Below, in pieces: positions 57,031-58,750 of a stretch of 58,750 nucleotides of DNA (the stretch's first letter is position 1; every line of letters begins with the position of its first letter). The notes below the pieces were generated by a model. It searched no databases. It had not been told where the DNA came from and worked only from the letters and a program-made list of their open reading frames with translations. The translations under genes and the position numbers were made by a program. This DNA is from Halobacteriaceae archaeon. GTDB lineage: Archaea; Halobacteriota; Halobacteria; Halobacteriales; Halobacteriaceae. The stretch covers positions 1 to 58,750 of the forward strand of contig JBDGTS010000005.1 in assembly GCA_042216675.1 (NCBI GenBank), in the 5' to 3' direction.

Positions 57031-58743
57031 ATGGCACAGCAGCAGATGGGCGGTCAGCCCCTTATTGTTCTCTCGGAGGACAGCCAGCGCACCTCCGGGG
57101 AGGACGCGCAGTCGATGAACATCACCGCCGGGAAGGCGGTGGCCGAGTCCGTGCGGACGACACTCGGCCCGAAAGGGATGGACAAGATGCTCGTGGACTC
57201 CACGGGCGAAGTCGTCGTGACCAACGACGGCGTCACCATCCTCAAGGAGATGGACATCGAGCACCCGGCGGCAAACATGATCGTCGAGGTCTCGGAGACG
57301 CAGGAGAACGAGGTCGGTGACGGCACCACCTCCGCCGTCGTCGTCGCCGGCGAACTCCTCGCGGAAGCCGAGGACCTCCTCGACCAGGACATCCACCCGA
57401 CCACGCTCGCACAGGGGTACCGGGAGGCCGCCGAGAAGGCGACCGAGTTCCTCCAGGACCTCGCCATCGACGTGGACGCCAGCGACACGGAGTACCTTCG
57501 GCGCATCGCCGCGACGGCGATGACCGGCAAGGGCGCGGAGAGCGCCAAGGGCCACCTCTCGGACCTCGTGGTCCGCGCGGTCCAGTCCGTCGCGGACGAC
57601 GGCGAAATCGACACCGACAACGTCAGCCTGAAGAAGGTCGTCGGCGGCTCCATCGACCAGTCCGAACTCATCGACGGCGTGGTCATCGACAAGGACCGCG
57701 CCAACGACAACATGCCCGCCGTCGTCGAGGACGCCAACGTGGCCCTCGTCGGCACCGGCATTGAGGTCAAGGAGACGGAAATCGACGCCGAGGTCAACGT
57801 CACCGACCCCGACCAGCTCGAGGAGTTCCTCGCACAGGAGGAGCGCCAGCTCGAAGAGCTGGTCGACCACCTCGACTCCATCGGTGCCGACGCCGTCTTC
57901 GTGGACGGCGGCATCGACGACATGGCCCAGCACTTCCTCGCGCAGCGCGGCATCATCGCCGTGCGCCGCGTGGGCGACTCCGACATGACGGCTCTCGCCC
58001 GCTCGACGGGCGCCTCTCTCGTCAACAACGTCGAGGACATCACCGAGGACGACCTCGGCTTCGCCGGCAACGTCGGCAAGCGCGACATCGGCGGTGACGA
58101 CAAGAACATCGTCGTCAACGACGTCGAGGACGCCAAGAGCGTCACCCTCCTCCTCCGCGGCGGCACCGACCACGTCCTCGACGAGGTCGAGCGCGCAATC
58201 ACCGACTCGCTCGGCGTCGTGCGCGTCACCCTCGAGGACGGCCAGATCGTCCCCGGCGGCGGCGCGCCCGAGACGGACCTCTCGCTGAAGCTCCGCGACT
58301 ACGCCGACTCCGTCGGCGGCCGCGAACAGCTGGCAGTCGAGGCGTTCGCCGACACGCTGGAGGCCATCCCGCGCACCCTCGCCGAGAACGCGGGCCACGA
58401 CCCCATCGACTCGCTCGTGGACCTGCGCTCCCGCCACGACGCCGGCGAGACCGGCGCCGGGCTGGACGCCTACACCGGCGAGATCGTCGACATGGAGGAG
58501 GACGGCGTCGTCGAGCCGCTCCGCGTGAAGACCCAGGCCATCGAGTCCGCCACCGAGGCGGCCGTCATGATCCTCCGCATCGACGACGTCATCGCCGCGG
58601 GCGACCTCGCCGGCGGCGAGGTCGGCGGCGACGACGACGAGGACGCCGGTGGCCCGCCCGGCGGCATGGGCGGCGGCATGGGCGGCATGGGCGGCGGCAT
58701 GGGCGGCATGGGCGGCATGGGTGGCATGGGCGGCGCGATGTAA
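57031..58743 (+). CDS. thsA: Thermosome (group II chaperonin) subunit, alpha type
   Basis: [32 protein letters not shown] and a GGM tail. Confidence 0.96.
   Translation: MAQQQMGGQPLIVLSEDSQRTSGEDAQSMNITAGKAVAESVRTTLGPKGMDKMLVDSTGEVVVTNDGVTILKEMDIEHPAANMIVEVSETQENEVGDGTTSAVVVAGELLAEAEDLLDQDIHPTTLAQGYREAAEKATEFLQDLAIDVDASDTEYLRRIAATAMTGKGAESAKGHLSDLVVRAVQSVADDGEIDTDNVSLKKVVGGSIDQSELIDGVVIDKDRANDNMPAVVEDANVALVGTGIEVKETEIDAEVNVTDPDQLEEFLAQEERQLEELVDHLDSIGADAVFVDGGIDDMAQHFLAQRGIIAVRRVGDSDMTALARSTGASLVNNVEDITEDDLGFAGNVGKRDIGGDDKNIVVNDVEDAKSVTLLLRGGTDHVLDEVERAITDSLGVVRVTLEDGQIVPGGGAPETDLSLKLRDYADSVGGREQLAVEAFADTLEAIPRTLAENAGHDPIDSLVDLRSRHDAGETGAGLDAYTGEIVDMEEDGVVEPLRVKTQAIESATEAAVMILRIDDVIAAGDLAGGEVGGDDDEDAGGPPGGMGGGMGGMGGGMGGMGGMGGMGGAM
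58660..58734 (+). repeat. GGCGGCATG coding tandem repeat (GGM tail)
   Basis: Repeated (GGC)2-3-ATG units at the chaperonin C-terminus. Confidence 0.9.
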
Positions 58744-58750
58744 ATCGCGG

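Noticed and set aside
27-58727. Many long antisense or off-frame ORFs (for example 12989..16126, 26735..30325, 33531..35741, 7596..9326 portion)
   Set aside because: Arg/Pro/Gly-rich or mirror translations overlapping well-supported genes; expected shadow ORFs in high-GC DNA.
58660-58734. Tandem repeat at the window end as a non-coding element
   Set aside because: It encodes the ordinary GGM tail of the chaperonin.

Overview
High-GC sequence with acidic proteins, mostly leaderless genes and BRE/TATA promoters: a haloarchaeal (Halobacteria) chromosome segment. Most of it is conserved core: radA (cut by the window edge), nmd3, a Taw2-like methyltransferase, an XPD/DinG-like helicase, alaS, two RFC small subunits, SAMP2, phosphohexomutase, a small histone-fold protein, rpiA, orc1/cdc6, mutS5, larE-like, divergent tatC paralogues, rlmE, PCNA, priL, hjc, ahcY, tbp, trm11, rnz, tyrS, aIF-1A, rio1, a KH-domain protein and a thermosome subunit. 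I saw no rRNA, tRNA, CRISPR array, transposase or integrase. The best candidate for an undescribed system is a two-gene cassette between pcn and priL (38099-40946): a 688-aa multi-pass membrane protein with a large soluble C-terminal region, overlapping a divergent Nudix-like gene. Other accessory items are a coupled three-gene operon (secreted protein, degenerate redoxin, acidic coiled-coil protein), an intact GH43 gene plus a separate GH43 C-terminal relic, a repeat-containing secreted glycoprotein, two arrays of GNA/GA-type mini-hairpins and four small genes missed by the ORF track. All family calls come from motif recognition by eye; no database searches were run.
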